This document shows positions 36,301 through 49,732 of a stretch of DNA of 64,000 nucleotides, one piece after another (the first letter of the stretch is position 1; each line of letters starts with the position of its first letter). The position numbers and the translations under genes were made by a program. The notes beneath the pieces are model-generated. The model had not been told where the DNA came from and searched no databases. It saw nothing but the letters and a program-made list of their open reading frames with translations. The stretch lies in assembly GCA_002104905.1 (NCBI GenBank), contig MCFE01000309.1:1-64000 (forward strand). The letters run 5' to 3'. This DNA comes from Basidiobolus meristosporus CBS 931.73 (lineage: Eukaryota > Fungi > Basidiobolomycota).

Positions 36301-39300
36301 TGTGTGTGGAACAAGTGAACCTAGCAAAACACAGTTCTGCAGAGCACTTAGAAAAAGTACCCAGAGGTTCCTCATGGCAGTATTACAGGAGGGTTTCCCA
36401 GCTCCAGCACCTTGGAAGGTCCAGGCTCGTATAAAGGAAAATTCAGATGTGTTTTTGGATGAGCTTATAAGCCTATCATCAGCTGGAGATGTGGATCATG
36501 CCATTGATACAGCAGATAGCCCTCTACTGTGTAATACACCTTACAGAATGCCTATGAAAAATTATTGAGATGATCCTGTCAAAAGGCTGTCACAAAGTTA
36601 ATATCCCATGACTGAGAGGTACCAATCTTGTCAGGACACTGTCCAGAGTCCATCAAAAAATAATTGCACCCCAGATTTCACAAAAAACTTTGTCAAAATT
36701 TTTCATCACAACAATGTATAAGTGGTCTTTGATTGGTTCCCTGCCAATTTGCTCACTTTCTGATCCCAGACACTCTATTGCCTCCTACATTTGTGTGAAT
36801 TGATTGTCTATTGCCTCTTTTTCACACGCCTTACTTCCTGACTCAACAATTTCTCTTACTTTTCATGCATACAATTTGATTTATTTCCCATGAAACTTCA
36901 GTTGTACCTCAATTGCCAATTGTATTGACCTATACAAGTTTCTATACCCTACTCTAACATTAAGCCCAACCCCACACTCAACAAGTAACTCCATTAAAAT
37001 CCACCACTCAATAAGTATTTCTGCTGTAACTCTCTGGTTCCACAACTTTGGCAGGAACCCAACGGCTTTATGCCACTGTTCATTCACTGGTTCCCATATG
37101 TCCTGGTCTTCAGCCAGCACTGCAAGGTCTAGCTCCTCATCTGCCAGTCTTTGCAATAAATCCTTGCAATATTCCAGTGCATTTTTTTGAGCACTGCTCT
37201 TGAAGAAGTGCTGCAACCTCTTGGTGTGCCTATTAATGCTAAAGCTCCACTGAAGGCATTGTGATTGTCTTTTGAGCTCTTGAAGTTGTAGCCTTGTCTG
37301 TCAGTGGGATCTCCACTCTGTCAACAATGGAGGCTGTGGTAGACAAATTGCCTTTTTCAGCAAACTCATCTACCTTGCTGGAGTGTAGCTCAACTGGCTG
37401 TGCTTCCAACTCTTGTGAAAACAGCTGTTTTCTTGTTGGTAATTCTTCTTGGCAATGATGGGATTCAGTCTGTTCCTGGCTTGTGACGTTAATTGGCAAG
37501 AGCTGCAGTTTTTTTGCATGCATCCCTGTCTCAGGCTTGGGTAGACATTTTTCCCTTTACCTTTTCCTTTATCACTGCCAGGTCTTTCACGGCTACTTTG
37601 TCTGAGTGCTTCTTGTAAAGAACTACAATTTCTCCTGGATAAATTCTGCTCTGACACATCTGTTTTGGCCTGCTTGTCCCTTGCTGGCACTCTTCTGGCA
37701 ACCAGATGTTTCTTTTCCGCTTGTTTTGAGCTCTCAACCATAGTTGTGACAGGCTCCTGTAAAGGCAGCTGGTTTTTATCACTGCCAGGTCCTTCACAGC
37801 TACTTTGACTGGGAGCTTCTTGAGTGGTACTTTGCTTTTCCTTGATAAATGTTGTGCTGGTGTATCCATGTTTGCCTGCTTGTCTTTAATTGGCACTCTT
37901 CCAGCTGCCTGACATCTCTTTGAAGCTTGTCTGGAGCTTTTGGCCCTGCTTGTAATGGGCTCTTGAGGAAGCCGCTGGTTTTTAGCCATGGCTCCCTTGT
38001 TCTTCTGCCTTTGATAGTTTCTGCTATTCTTACAATACTTTCTTAGCATACCAATGCTGGCCCAAAATCTGTTTGCCCATTTGAGTCCAGGATAATGCTC
38101 ATGGAACAAGTCAAGTGCATTCAGCTTGGCCTTGAGTTCCTGATGGTCCCATGGTATGCTGGCCTCAAGGTGATGGCATGCTAGACTTCTGATGGCCTCT
38201 TGCATATCAGCCCACTCTTCATTATTGCACTCAACGGCTTCACAGATCTTCAATGTCTTTTGATTTTTAGGCTTTAGTATAAACACCACATTGTCTCACT
38301 CCCATACTGTGATAGCTTTTTCTATGGGCTTTATCTTTGGGCACTGTTGTTGTGCTTCAAAGACTGTATGGTGTTCCTCTGCTGTTACATCCGGAAATGG
38401 CTCAATTCTTGGCTGTGACATTGAGCTACTTGAGTTCCTTCTTTGCAGCAAAGATACTACTTTCTCTACCTGAGATATTGATTGCTCTACATGTATTATC
38501 TGCTCATCCTGTTTCTGGACTACTTCCTGATTTCTCTGGGCCATTGCTTCTATCCTATCAGCCACTGCACCTAATTGCTCTATTAATGCTTTGGTATGAG
38601 CTGACAACATACTTGCTAATACAGGTGGTGGTGATGTTATCTTGGCCACTTGCTGATTTCAACAGAGGGTACTGTGTTTGCTACATTCTCATCTGCCTGA
38701 GCATAACAGTCAGCTTGTGGCTCCACAGAGGTTCTCAATTGCCTACTTGACTGAGAGCCTGAGGAGTCTGCATTATTACCTTCAATGGGCACAGTGTCCA
38801 CAGGGCCTTTTTTGGATGTAGCCCTGCTTGTTGCACTGAATGTCAAAGCAAGCTGTTGTCCAATTGTTCTTACGTTGCCATCAGTGGTGGGGTTTGGTTG
38901 AGAACCAGACAACTTTGCTTTACTTTTTGGCGGCATATATATGGAAGTGAGTCAAATCAAAGGGGAAATAGTGTTACATATACATGTGTTTGTGGTGCCA
39001 CAACTTTATTTATAATGCTTACTATGGCAGGTCATCATTGAATCTTACATTCATGTAGGTGCAATGTCTCAAATACAAGACTGTCTTAAGTTCACATGAG
39101 TATTGACTAAAAAGTGCTATAATAGCATTATGTTGTTGAAGGTCAAACTGTTTGACCCATGGACAAGACTACTTTGACTCAACACCATAAGAGAAGAGAA
39201 AAAAGACCATGTGGCTATTGTGGCAAGCCTCTCAGCCATGAAGCACACAGACAGCATAGGAAGTATTACAAGGATCACAGCCAGTGTTTTGCCCCCCCCC

Positions 39301-40008
39301 CAAGTCATATTTGACCATTCATTGGTCACTACTGTACCAACATTATCTTGCCGGCCAGTTGATACTTCTATATTGGCACTTGGCTGTCTTTGTCACCTGG
39401 CACATACTAAGTCAGGTGAGTTTGTGACACCTTTAGGCTCACCTCAGCCTGCTGAATATGGCACGTAGAGTGATACCTCTGACAAAGAAGGTTCACTGAT
39501 GGATTTTGAGCCTATCTCCCATAACAACAGTACCACATATGAGCCCGGTCAAATCCCTCTATGCAATGAGGCAACACCCGTTGAAACAAATGCCAAGGAT
39601 ACTTTATGGAGCCAAGTGAGCACAGTAATACATCTACTGGTTAATGATGTAATGTTCTGGCTAGAGAAGTGGCGCATTTCCACTAATATCAGTAATGGGG
39701 GCTTTGAGGATTTATTGCTACTTCTTGCCAAAATCAGACCGGCATGCAACTTACCATGTACATGGTACAAGTGGACAACCATCATGCAGCTGGCAACATA
39801 TGATCCAGAGACTGTCCTGATTCCAGCATGTGTTAACAGTTGCATGGCATTCACATCCAAAAATGCTACCATTGCAACGTGTCCAAATTGTCAGGAATCC
39901 ACCGCCATTGAGGGAAAACATTGTTCACACTCTGGATATATTCCGGTCATACCCTGTCTGAGGAAGCTGATGCAGTCCAACAAATATTGCAAAGCTATAC
40001 AGTACTGC

Positions 40009-41079
40009 TGTGGTGGTGTATAGGTGCAAGGGAGAGATATATCCAACACTTCTCAAGTGTTTTGTGTGTGGAGTGTTCACTGGGTGCAATGACCTCTGGC
40101 AAAAGCTTGCCAGGAATACTTGGGTTCTTTCTCTAATCTAATGTGAAGGGGAATAAAGCCACAACCTTGTCAAGGGAAAACTATTGAGCTACAATCCCCA
40201 ACTTAGTTGGCATCTTAACAAAAGTATGAACTGGGTTCAGCATCCTTTGAGATGACAATGTACTAAAGCTTCCAAAGTCAAAACAACTGTAAACTCCACC
40301 AGCAGGGACTTGATAAGAATGCAGCTGTGGTCAATAGTTACAAAGACAGAAAAATATCTTTGCCTGTACAAGAACAAACTTGGGAAAGAATCAAATAGAA
40401 TAAAAGATACCTACTCTGAGTATTCCTCACAAGTAGTGCCTCCAAGGTCTGTTGGCTGTCAGCATGGTTTCCTGGGAGTGTCCTGTGGTCTAGGGTTGGA
40501 AGTTCAGGTAGCAGCAGGTAGCAGTGATCACACTAATCAACAAGTTGGTATATTGATAAAAGGGATAATGATTTATTGTTGAGGGATAGCCTCCCTTATA
40601 TACTTTTCTTACTGGCTAAGTGATTGCTAATCATGGTGTTCCAGAAGGTTCCGGATATCAATAGCAATCTTAATGACATCAGAATGACCTAAGAATGTTC
40701 TAAGTAGGTGCCAGAAGGTTCTAAGTGGCACAGCACATCCAACCAATCAGGAACCAGTATTCTGAAACCTGTGTAACAAAGGGATACCATACATGGTATG
40801 GAAATGGTAGGGATGGTGGCATGGGTTGATCATGTATCACGGGTACTGTTGCAGGTACTTGCCTAATATAGAAGCACTTAAAGCTAGTAATCTTACATAA
40901 AGTGAGGGGTAACTTATGCAATAAGGTAAGCAGGTGTGATAGTCAACTGGCTTATGGGATAGTACTGATTGGGTAAGACAAATGGGATAAAACTAAAATA
41001 AATGTAGTAGAGATATAGGGAAGTTGAAAATAAGGGAATGAGCACATCTGTCAGTGGGTGTCACTGTCACCCCACTACA
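40009..41079 (-). mobile_element. Solo LTR, family C (~1.07 kb), TSD CCGC/CTGC, inside the CACTA transposase
   Basis: TGTGGTGG start and CTACA end. Removing it restores the transposase frame (Y-R-T-W). 40560-40880 aligns with 32830-33150. Confidence 0.8.
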
Positions 41080-41270
41080 CCGCACTTGGTATCAATCAAG
41101 CGCAAACATATCTGATATATTCAATGGCAAACATTACAAACAGCTAAGAAGCAAGGGCTACTTTGAAGGTGTGTATGACCATGGCCTTGCTTTAGCACTT
41201 GATGGATTCTCATTAAACAAGTAATCTACTAGCAAATCCTGCTGGCCACTGATTCTCATCAATCTGAATC

Positions 41271-44200
41271 TGTTGTAAAAATTTGTATTTCCACCTAAAT
41301 ATTCACATAATTTAGTCACTTAGATCATTACCTTCAAATCCTAGAGAATACTGACCAAATTCTTTGTTGGTATTTACTTAGAATATTTTCACCAAAACAC
41401 CAGGTACCCAGAACATGATAATTCTCAAAGTTGTCCAAACAGCCCCAAACTTTGCACACATGCTCTTGGGACCTTCCTTAACCTATTCTACGTGTTTTTA
41501 ATGCCCAGGCCAGGTGAAAGTATAAATACTACTTTTACATTCAATAAATCATTAAGTGAAAGCAACATAATCTATTTGTCATCCAAATCACTTCCAATAT
41601 CTCCAAGACTCTTACAACAGGCTATGAGCCCCAAGCTGTCACTCTCTGCAATGTCTACTTATGCTATTACTGGAATTTTTCCCTCTGCTGAAAAGTTGGA
41701 TGGATTTAACTACCAAGTGTGGAAGGTGAAGATGAAGATGCTGCTACAAGAAAGAGGCCTTTGGGATATTGTCATGGGAGAAGAATGCCCTCCTAAAAAC
41801 ATGGGAGAGGAAGCCTTGAATTACCAGAAGAAAGAACAAAGTGCCTTTAACTGCATTTGTCTTAATGTCAAGGACAAATTGCTAATTCAATGCTCAAGAG
41901 CAAAAATGGCAAAGAATGCCTGAAAAGCATTAGAAGACACCTACCAGTCATGTTCAGCTGCCAAGAAAATGTATCTGAGAAGAAAATACTCTACTACAAA
42001 GATGCTGCCAGGAGAAGTAATGAAAAATCTAATTAACAGAATTACCCTGCTGGTAGATGAGATGGAATCTGTGGGTGTACCAACTGCTGATGAGGATGTG
42101 ATAGTTACCATCCTGAATAGCCTGACAGACAAGCTTTGGGGCCTTGTATCAGCCCTAGAGTCCAGAACTGAAGATTTGACCTTAAATTACATATATGGAA
42201 GGCTCCTGGATGAAGAATTAAGAAAATCAAGCGCTAATAAGAAGGAAGAAGAAAATGCTTCAATAAGCAATGATAGCCAAGAAAGGAGGTACCCAAGACC
42301 CTACAAAGGCAACAGCAGCCTATTTTGTAACTACTACAAAAGGAAAGGACACACATCAGACTGGTGTATCAAAAAGAGAGAGTATCAGCAATAGAAGCCT
42401 GAATATGGCAATGCTGCAACAACTGAAGATAGACTATTCATATCTGCACAATATATGACCACAAACAAGGATTCTCCGACGTGGTATATTGACTCTGGAG
42501 CTTCTCAACACTTTACACACCAAATGAACTTTTTACCCAATATCAAGAAATTCCAGTTAAGAAGGTTTTCATGGGTGATGATAGAACACTTGATGCAGTG
42601 GGAGAAGGAACTATCCAAGTAAACCCTAGAAGCAGTGAAGGAAGCCATACACTGACCTTTAAAGAAGTACTCTATGTACCAGAAATAGCCAAGAACCTAC
42701 TCTCTGTAAGCAAGGCCACAGCAGAAGGACTTGGTTTCAGTTTTGCCAATTCTGCATGCAGGATCACTGATCAAAATGGTGCCCATATTGCTTTGGGTAT
42801 CAGAGATCAGAGCCCATACAAGTTGACTTATATTCCATCATATTTCAAAGCCAATATAAGTAACTTAAATGAAGAAACACCAATGATTTGGAACAGGTGA
42901 ATTGGGCACATCAATTTTAATTATTTGCGCAAAATGATTAAAGATCAGCTAATTTCTGGAGTGAAAATTGATCCCCCACTAATTTGAAGCACTGTGAAGC
43001 CTGCATATATGGGAAACAAGCCAGTCAACTGTTCAAGAGCTCTGGGTTAATAAAAACTAAGAAAAAATTAGATCTAATTCACTCAGATCTGTGTGGACCT
43101 ATGCAAAATTTATCCTTAGGCAGGATGAAGTATTAAATCACTTTTATTGATAATTATACAATATACACATGGGTCTACTTCATGGTGAGAAAGGAAGAAG
43201 CTCTGTCTAAGTTCAGGGGGTTTAAAGCCATGGTGGAGAGAAACTGGTGAAAAAATCAAGAAAATATGCTCTGACAATGGTGGAGAATATACCTCAAAAC
43301 TCTTCATCCACTTCTGCAAAATTCATGGGACAAAGCAAGAGACTACTGTACCACACTCCCCACAGCAAAATGGAGTAGCAGAACAAGCTAACAGATCAAT
43401 AATTGATATGGCAAGATATATGATCCATGATCAAAAATTATCCTATGATTTTTGGGCGGAATCAGTTGGCACTGCTGTATACCTTAGAAATAGGAGTTAT
43501 AACAGGATACTTCGTGATTCTACTCCATTTGAAGCATGGTATGGATACAGACCAAGTGCAGAACATCTAAGAATATTTGGGTGTACAGCATATGCCAAAA
43601 AACTGGCTGGAAATCAGTCAAAATTTGAGCCAAAAAGTGTAAAATGCATATTTTTGGGCTGCTGCAATGAGAGTAAGGCATACAGACTCTACAATACCAA
43701 AGCAAAGAAGCTGATCAAGTCCAGGGTTTTGTTGTTTGATGAAAATTCAAAATTTTCACAAGAAATGACATCATATGATGACCAAAATTTGATCTCAAGT
43801 CCACCAATTGTCAGGACTGAATCAGAGCAAAACAATGAAAATTTTTTCACTCCAGAGGACTCTACAACCATGGTTCAGCCAGAATTGGTGTCCAGGAATA
43901 TCCCAGAAGTGATCATTCCAGTATCAAATGCCCCAAGATCCAATTGGACAAGCAGTAGCCCAAATTACTATATCAATGAGGGTACAAACTTAGCCTATGC
44001 CTATTCAGTCCATGTTGATGAACCCCAGACTGTGAAAGAGGCCCTAAATAGCCCTCAGATGAAGTTTTGGAGATCTGCAATGACTGAGGAATATCAGGCC
44101 CTAATGGAAAATCAAACTTGGGACTTAGTTAAATTACCAATCAACCAAAGATTGATTGGATGCAGATGGGTCTTCAAGACAAAATACAAGGCTAATGGTA

Positions 44201-44676
44201 CAATTGAAAGATACAAAACAAGACTTGTAGCCAAAGGATACTCTCAAACAAAAGGACTTGACTATACTGAGACCTTTGCACTGGTAGCCATGTTTAGCTC
44301 CATCAGATTAACATTGGCTATTGCAGCCAAATATAAGATTTTTATTCATCAAATGGATGTAAAAACTGCATTTTTGAATGGAGAACTTGATGAGGATGTG
44401 TATATGGACCAGCCTGATGGGTTTGTTGACCAAGATAACCCCCATTTGGTCTGCAAGCTTAAAAAGTCACTCTATGATCTCAAACAATCACCAGGAGCAT
44501 GGAATTGCAAGATAGATTCTTATTTGGAATCTTTGAGTTTCAAAAGAAGTAATGCCAACTATAGCATATACTATAAGCCAGATAGAGCAAATCCAGTTCT
44601 GTTAGCTCTATATGTGGATGATCTTATTATAGCCGCCAATAACCTAGAAACATTGGAACAGACTAAATCCAGTCTG
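41271..44676 (+). mobile_element. Decayed Ty1/Copia, 5' LTR 41271-41619, PBS, gag-protease-integrase-RT, truncated in RT
   Basis: PBS GGCTATGAGCCC at 41620. Motifs LDGFNYQVWKVKMKMLL, WYIDSGASQH, IHSDLCGP, SDNGGEY, QNGVAE, RLVAKGYSQ and LYVDDL. Several stops and frameshifts. Confidence 0.92.
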
Positions 44677-46921
44677 AAACATTTGCTTTTCAACAATATC
44701 CCTATACTGATGAACAAGAAGTACATGGGGCATTTCAAGCTAAATGAGCCCTTTGAGATACCGGAGAAATTTGAAGAAACTGGTAAGATATTACAGAGTA
44801 TCTGCTACCCTAAGTACTTCTCACAGGCTCCAATATATATTTATACGCATATGCAACAATACAAATGCAACGACTGGATGAACTGGATATGTATTTATTC
44901 AAGTGGTGTTCTGAAGCCATTCCTGCCAAGAGTACATTGGAAGCATTGGGAGTCATATGTGGACATTGTAGGAATATTTATTCAGAAGCGGATCACCAAT
45001 GCCAACTTGACGCATCTACAGCTGTTGTGTGAGGAGTGTGTGATGGGATTTGAGCAACTATACACAAAACATAAAGCTGAATGCGTAGATCTCTGCCGCT
45101 ACTGTGTCCATTCTCTACTCCATCTTGCATGGTGTGTGGAGAATATTGGGCCTTGCTTCACCTTTTGGGTGTTTCCTATGGAGCAGATGTGTGGGAGATA
45201 GGAAGACAAGTCAAGTTGCAGGTACTATCATATCCCAATCTCATCAAGAATATTACCTTCAAGTCCATCATGGATGTGATGAGTTGGCACATGGAGGACA
45301 GCCAGAAAGAGTTGGAAAATACTGAGGACAAATGTGCACATGGAGACACCTATGCCTATGGCATTAAGAAGCTAGGCAGCCCCAATGCGTGGGTAATCAA
45401 TTAAGTAATGCAAAGTTGGGATGGGTGCAACAAGCAACTGATTTTTATCAGGAAAGCTCCACCAAGATATGCCAGATTTCTTGTGGTCACAAGCCAACTG
45501 CTACACCATTCAATATGGAATTCACATAAACAAAAGCCAGAGCGCACCTATAAGGGGGACTAGAATCCAGCAGGGAGAAGGAATATATTGGCTAAATACT
45601 AAGAAGTTCTTTGCCAATATTCAGGATGTATTCATGGCAGAAGTGGCAACAACCAAGCATATATTTGCAAGATGTATATGCTAGCAGTAGTACAAGGTAT
45701 ATGGCAACTTTGCAAGTATCACACTAAAAAGCCGTAAAGTTGATGTGATAGAAGTATGCCAATTGCGGCAGGTGTGCGCATTTGTAGAGGTTAGTAAGAA
45801 GGAGGCCATAGTTTTTTTTGATTTGAACTATATGTGGAATACCCAAGGTAGTAGTGGGTTAGCAAATAAATAAGGTGATTCTACAGTGGAATATATGAAA
45901 TGCACAAGGGGAGGTAGAAAAAGGAAAAACCATTTGGTAAATTGGTACAGTAGCATTGTACAGAACCAGCAGCAGGCTGTCATACTGCCAAGAAAAAGCC
46001 ATCAGAGTCTTGCTGTGAGGCCGTCAAGATACCATCAAGTTTCTTGCCATATAAGGCAATTGAAAGCCCTGGCCAACTGGATCCACTTAAAATAGTAATA
46101 GCGCGCTGAAAGACCGCAACAATACCATGCAACTATTGTCACAGCACCAATCAAAAATTGTCAAGCTTTATCCCTTTATTTGGCTGTAAAATTTGCAAAA
46201 CATCATTGTGATCTTGTTATAAGATTGTCAGGAGGGTCACTGATTCCAAGCTGCTGTTATTATGACGGTCTCTAAACAGGATCTTGACGGATGATCTGAA
46301 TTGGATCCACCCATGGGACCAAATTATTTTTTATAGGGATGAGTCCATTGGAGTTAGGTGAGATAAAGAGATGAATACATCAGTTGTTGGAGCACAGAAA
46401 TATCAGACCCAGCAAGTCATCTTGGGGAGCACCAGTGCTTTTTGTGAGAAGGAACAATGAAGCACTTAGGGTGTGCAGTTATTACAGAGCCCTTAACTCA
46501 GCTACCACAAAGAGTTAGTAGCCCATACTTTGGACTGATGGGCTCCTACACCAATTCAGTGAAGCCACCATATTCAGCAAGATTAACCTCATGTCAGGAT
46601 ATAGCCAGATTATAGTGAAACCAGAAAACATACCTAAGACAGCATACTGGACCAGATATGGACCTTACAAGTACCTGGTAATGAGTTTTGGCCTCACCAA
46701 TGCCCCTGCAACATTCATGACCTTGATGTAAACCATTTTCCATGCATACATTGATACATTTGTGGTAATTTACCTTGATGACATATTGATATACAGCAAG
46801 ACAGAACAGGACCACTTGGTGCACATTGAAAAGGTCTTAAAGAAGCTAAGAGAGAACAAATTGTATGGCAAGCTATCAATATGCAAATTCTTGAAGGAAC
46901 ATGTTGAATACTTTGGACACA

Positions 46922-47303
46922 GGACTTGTTCCATTGGATAGTGCCACATTGAGCCATGCTTACCAAATGATGTCAAAGTGTGCCTAGGTGGCCAAGTGGA
47001 CCTATACTAGGACACAGAGTGTGAAACATAGTTTTACACTGTCATGCCATGCAGCCCCTGCCTCTCACCCATTGTATGGGAGAAAATCCATTTTTTGACC
47101 TTTTTTTTGGATGAATGTTGTACATAATGTGAAAGAGGACAGAAGGACTGAGACATGCATCTGGTGCTCAATATCCATGGCACTCTGAATTTAGCTCCTG
47201 CGACTTGTCACATGTCACAAAATGCATGGCACTATCTTGGTCCACTGACACTATCTAACACTATATTTAAAATCAGCCCTGGAGTAAAACCTCTACAAAG
47301 CAC
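46922..47303. mobile_element. Half copy (one arm plus spacer) of the foldback MITE, more diverged
   Basis: GACTTGTTCCATTGGATAGTGCCACATTGAGCC...CACTATA followed by the spacer. The second arm and the host RNase H region are deleted. Confidence 0.85.
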
Positions 47304-48488
47304 ATGTAAGCTAGTGAAAATATGCCCAAGTTGCCAAATCAACAAAGGCCTACCACAGAGAGCTGCTGAACTCTCTGCCTTGCAGCCTGTAAGACCACTT
47401 GAGAGGTGGGGAATGACTCTATTGAAAGACTACCGACCACTAGGAAATGCAATTGTTAGATTTTAGTGGCAATTGACCATATCACCAATTGGCCAGTGGC
47501 TAAAGCTGTACCTGTAGCCAGTGAAAAAGAAGTTGCAAGCTTCATCCACCACAAAATTCTTACAAAGTTTGGATAACCCTGTGGAGGTTTTGTCTGATAG
47601 AGGAGCAAACTTTATGGCAAAGACATTGGAAGTTTACCTTGAAATGTAACAGATGCTACACTTGAAGACCTTGGCATATAACCCTAGAATTAATGGAGTA
47701 ACTTAGCTGTTAATTGATTATTTGGGAAAATGCTGACCAAGTATGCAAATGGAGCTGTCTGCATATGAATGAGTATATAGACTGAGCACTTTCTTCCTGC
47801 AGAGTTAGAGGCACAACACCACCCAACAACTGCCATTTTACTCAGTGTATGAATGTGAACCAAGGATTCCACGGAATCCCACACAACCCAAGCTTACAAA
47901 CACCTTAGAAGATGAGCTCAGTCAGCCAAGCGGACACCAGCAGCTGGAACAAAGATGCAAAAAGGCACTGGTCAAAGTATCTCAAAGTGCAGAAGAGATG
48001 AAGCAGAGATTTGATAAGACTATATCACCAGAAACATTGACAGTTGGAAGCTTTGTATTAATTGGGGAGAATGTTATGATCTGATGCTTGAATGTTTAAG
48101 TTAGATCAGTTTTTAGTCAATTCAATTAGACGTATGTCTAACCTATCTGTATAACAGTGTTATCTATCAGATCAGTGGTATCAGTCAGCAGATGAATCAG
48201 CATATCCTTATCAGATAGAAATAAATGTATTGAGTAGCATCTGATTGTGTGACAATGATGCAATCAAAGGGGTCATTAGCCACAACCTACATTAGGAAAT
48301 AAAATAGACTTGTTCCGTTGGATAGTGCCACATAGTGCCAGCCTGTTTATGGTGCCGGATTGATCTGGCACTCTATGGCACTATCTGGCACTATAATTTC
48401 TACCATGATGCCTGTGGTATGATACAGTTACTGGTAATTTTACTCAATCTTACTTATGTTGCTCAGAATAGTGCTTTCCTTGCTTTAT

Positions 48489-49139
48489 TTACTCTTCATA
48501 ATGCTCCAGACACATTTCTCTCAGTGGATGTCTTCTTGTATGAACATACTGTGCATTGATAAGTATCTTAACTATTTTACCTATTCTGCTGTTTTCTCCT
48601 ATATATGACTTTCCTCTGTATTTACCTACCAATATGCTGAATCTCTTCAGATATCCAAATGTGTGCTCTACCCTTACACTGAAATGATTAGATATCTCAT
48701 TGTAGAGCTTCTGCTTCCTGCTAAGTACACCATTCCTTGGCTTCCTATAAGCTGTAATACATCCTAATCTCTGACAATCCTCTCCTATATAAGCTAAGTC
48801 TACCATACATTTCTCCCCTCTACTGAATTCAGGATGATTCTCTACCCAGAGTGCTTTGTCATGCCTACTTCCAGCAAATGGCCCACTAAACCAGATGATG
48901 TTACCCTCAATGTCAGACAGTGCTTGAAACTTCACACAGTGTGCCTTGTACTTGCCAGAATAAAAGTGCCTCAGCCCTCTAGAAGGTCTGTTAATCCTCA
49001 CTGGGAAGGTATCCAAAATACTCCTGATATGGAACCTGTTGCTGAACACTCTGGGATATGGAAGTCTATTGGAGCTTCTGAACCTAGTATGCCAAGCTTG
49101 CTCTAAGTCATTCATACCCTCTGCAAGGTGGTTCTCCAT
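48489..49139 (-). CDS. DDE_Tnp_4-type (PIF/Harbinger/IS5-like) transposase; frame is open upstream to ~49455 without an in-frame ATG
   Basis: ILDTFPVRINRPS, FYSGKYKAHCVKFQ, GPFAGSRHD, VDLAYIG, RKPRNGVLS and RVEHTFGYLKRFSIL. Confidence 0.85.
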   Translation of the reverse strand: MENHLAEGMNDLEQAWHTRFRSSNRLPYPRVFSNRFHIRSILDTFPVRINRPSRGLRHFYSGKYKAHCVKFQALSDIEGNIIWFSGPFAGSRHDKALWVENHPEFSRGEKCMVDLAYIGEDCQRLGCITAYRKPRNGVLSRKQKLYNEISNHFSVRVEHTFGYLKRFSILVGKYRGKSYIGENSRIGKIVKILINAQYVHTRRHPLREMCLEHYEE

Positions 49140-49732
49140 TGCTGTCAGCAGGGAATGAAAGCTTCTAGGGCTTTTGTTGCCATGGATGGTGGGATGAAAC
49201 CTTGTAGGGCAATAGTTCTTGTAATAGCAGAGAAGCTTGACAAGGGATCTCCTTGAGTAGATTGGGGTTGATGGTCCACAGTACTTGGAATAGATCTCCT
49301 CTAGTGTGTCAAAAGGAAATCCAGTGGTAGTGATGGGATTGATGAGAAAAGACCATTCAGATGAGTAAGATATATTAAAATTGGTGGATGATTGTATTAA
49401 AGCAGTTTGAATCGATTTGGCGCAATCCGCCTTATTTATCTGACTTTTAATACATTATGGTTAAATCTCCATCAATTGCCATGTATCCCATCATTATGTT
49501 GCAAAAATCATCTGCAAACAATGCCTTGGTACTTTTATTGATGCTTTAATCATAGGTCTATAATCAAATAGGAAATCTGCGATTGATGTGATCTGATCCG
49601 TGTCAATGCGATACAAGATGCATCATGCATAATATATGGAAAATTCAACAATCACATTAGTTTTCATATATATTTCATATAAGACCAAGTTGATGCCAAT
49701 ATACTGCTGTATAAGTATCCAAATTTGTTGCT

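Larger units (their letters stand above)
36580..46300 (+). mobile_element. Decayed CACTA/EnSpm-type DNA transposon (Transposase_21-like ORF on +, divergent accessory ORFs on -); ends approximate
   Basis: 39499-40008 has IPACVNSCMAF...CPNC. It resumes at 41084 as DIFNGKHYKQL...LALDGF...SCWPLILINLNL. The C-terminal part at 44677-45201 has HSLLHLAWCVENIGPCFTFWVFPMEQMCG. Minus-strand ORFs lie at 36881-38936. Confidence 0.72.
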
